A stretch of DNA of 25,379 bases from positions 1-25,379 of the IMG/VR virus record IMGVR_UViG_3300030330_001154; one strand, 5' to 3'. Below, piece after piece: positions 25,151-25,379 of this stretch; position 1 is the first letter of the stretch; the number at the start of each line of letters is the position of its first letter. The notes beneath the pieces are model-generated. The model ran no database searches and was not told the origin of the DNA. It worked only from the letters and a program-made list of their open reading frames with translations. This stretch comes from a virus. Lineage: Duplodnaviria > Caudoviricetes. Made by a program: the position numbers and the translations under genes.

Positions 25151-25379
25151 ACTACGCCTAAACCTATTTCGTCTGGAGGACGTTCTTAATGGCTATTACA
25201 AAACGACTACACGGAAATTGCCTTTACTGGAAAAAATGGAGGTCTATGGGGTTCTAATGGAATCCGTGTCAATGGTCTTGGCAGCAGCGGAGGCTCCATC
25301 CAAATGTCTGGTACTTATATGGCTAACTAGCCCGCAACGGCTCAAAACTATGCCTAAACCTGTCACGTCTGGAGGACGT
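25151..25379 (+). repeat. 33-bp imperfect direct repeat carrying a GGAGG RBS
   Basis: ACTACGCCTAAACCTATTTCGTCTGGAGGACGT 25151-25183 versus ACTATGCCTAAACCTGTCACGTCTGGAGGACGT 25347-25379; 29/33 identical; the second copy runs to the window edge. Confidence 0.9.
25189..25330 (+). pseudogene. Chimeric remnant: first codons of a fibre-accessory gene joined out of frame to an orphan tail-fibre C-terminus
   Basis: ATG 25189 after GGAGG gives only 22 codons (MAITKRLHG...). The +1 frame has no start and reads NDYTEIAFTGKNGGLWGSNGIRVNGLGSSGGSIQMSGTYMAN to TAG 25328-25330, ending like the intact fibre (FHIQGFYYTDS). Confidence 0.6.

Noticed and set aside
24700-25379. Diversity-generating retroelement or invertible shufflon at the fibre tip
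   Set aside because: No reverse transcriptase or invertase in the window; the repeat is short, direct and non-coding, and its mismatches are not adenine-specific; the orphan tip is not a near-copy of the expressed tip.
25151-25379. CRISPR mini-array
   Set aside because: Only two imperfect copies 163 bp apart, each containing an RBS; no cas genes.

Overview
The window is part of a tailed dsDNA phage genome (lambda-like siphovirus tail, probably a marine picocyanobacterial phage; host is inferred from gene style only). Nearly all credible genes are on the + strand. Order: small hypothetical genes and a structured intergenic element (1-984); a DNA-modification cassette (ParB-like protein, small ORF, PP-loop asparagine-synthase-like amide ligase, C5-cytosine methyltransferase homologue, CmoA-like carboxy-SAM synthase; 956-4196) overlapping directly into terS/terL/portal/MuF; six tiny basic ORFs; scaffold, major capsid, head-tail connectors, tail tube, tail chaperones with a -1 frameshift, tape measure, lambda M/L/K/I/J-like tail tip, and a tail fibre followed by what looks like a relic of a replaced fibre tip. 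Main result: the C5-MTase has Arg instead of the canonical motif X Asn (GRAVPP versus GNAVPP) and lies between a CmoA-like gene and an amide ligase, which predicts 5-carboxymethylcytosine and a further amidated hypermodified base. The same region shows roughly tenfold depletion of CCA/TGG by hand count, which may point to the target context. All family assignments come from motif recognition; no database search was run.
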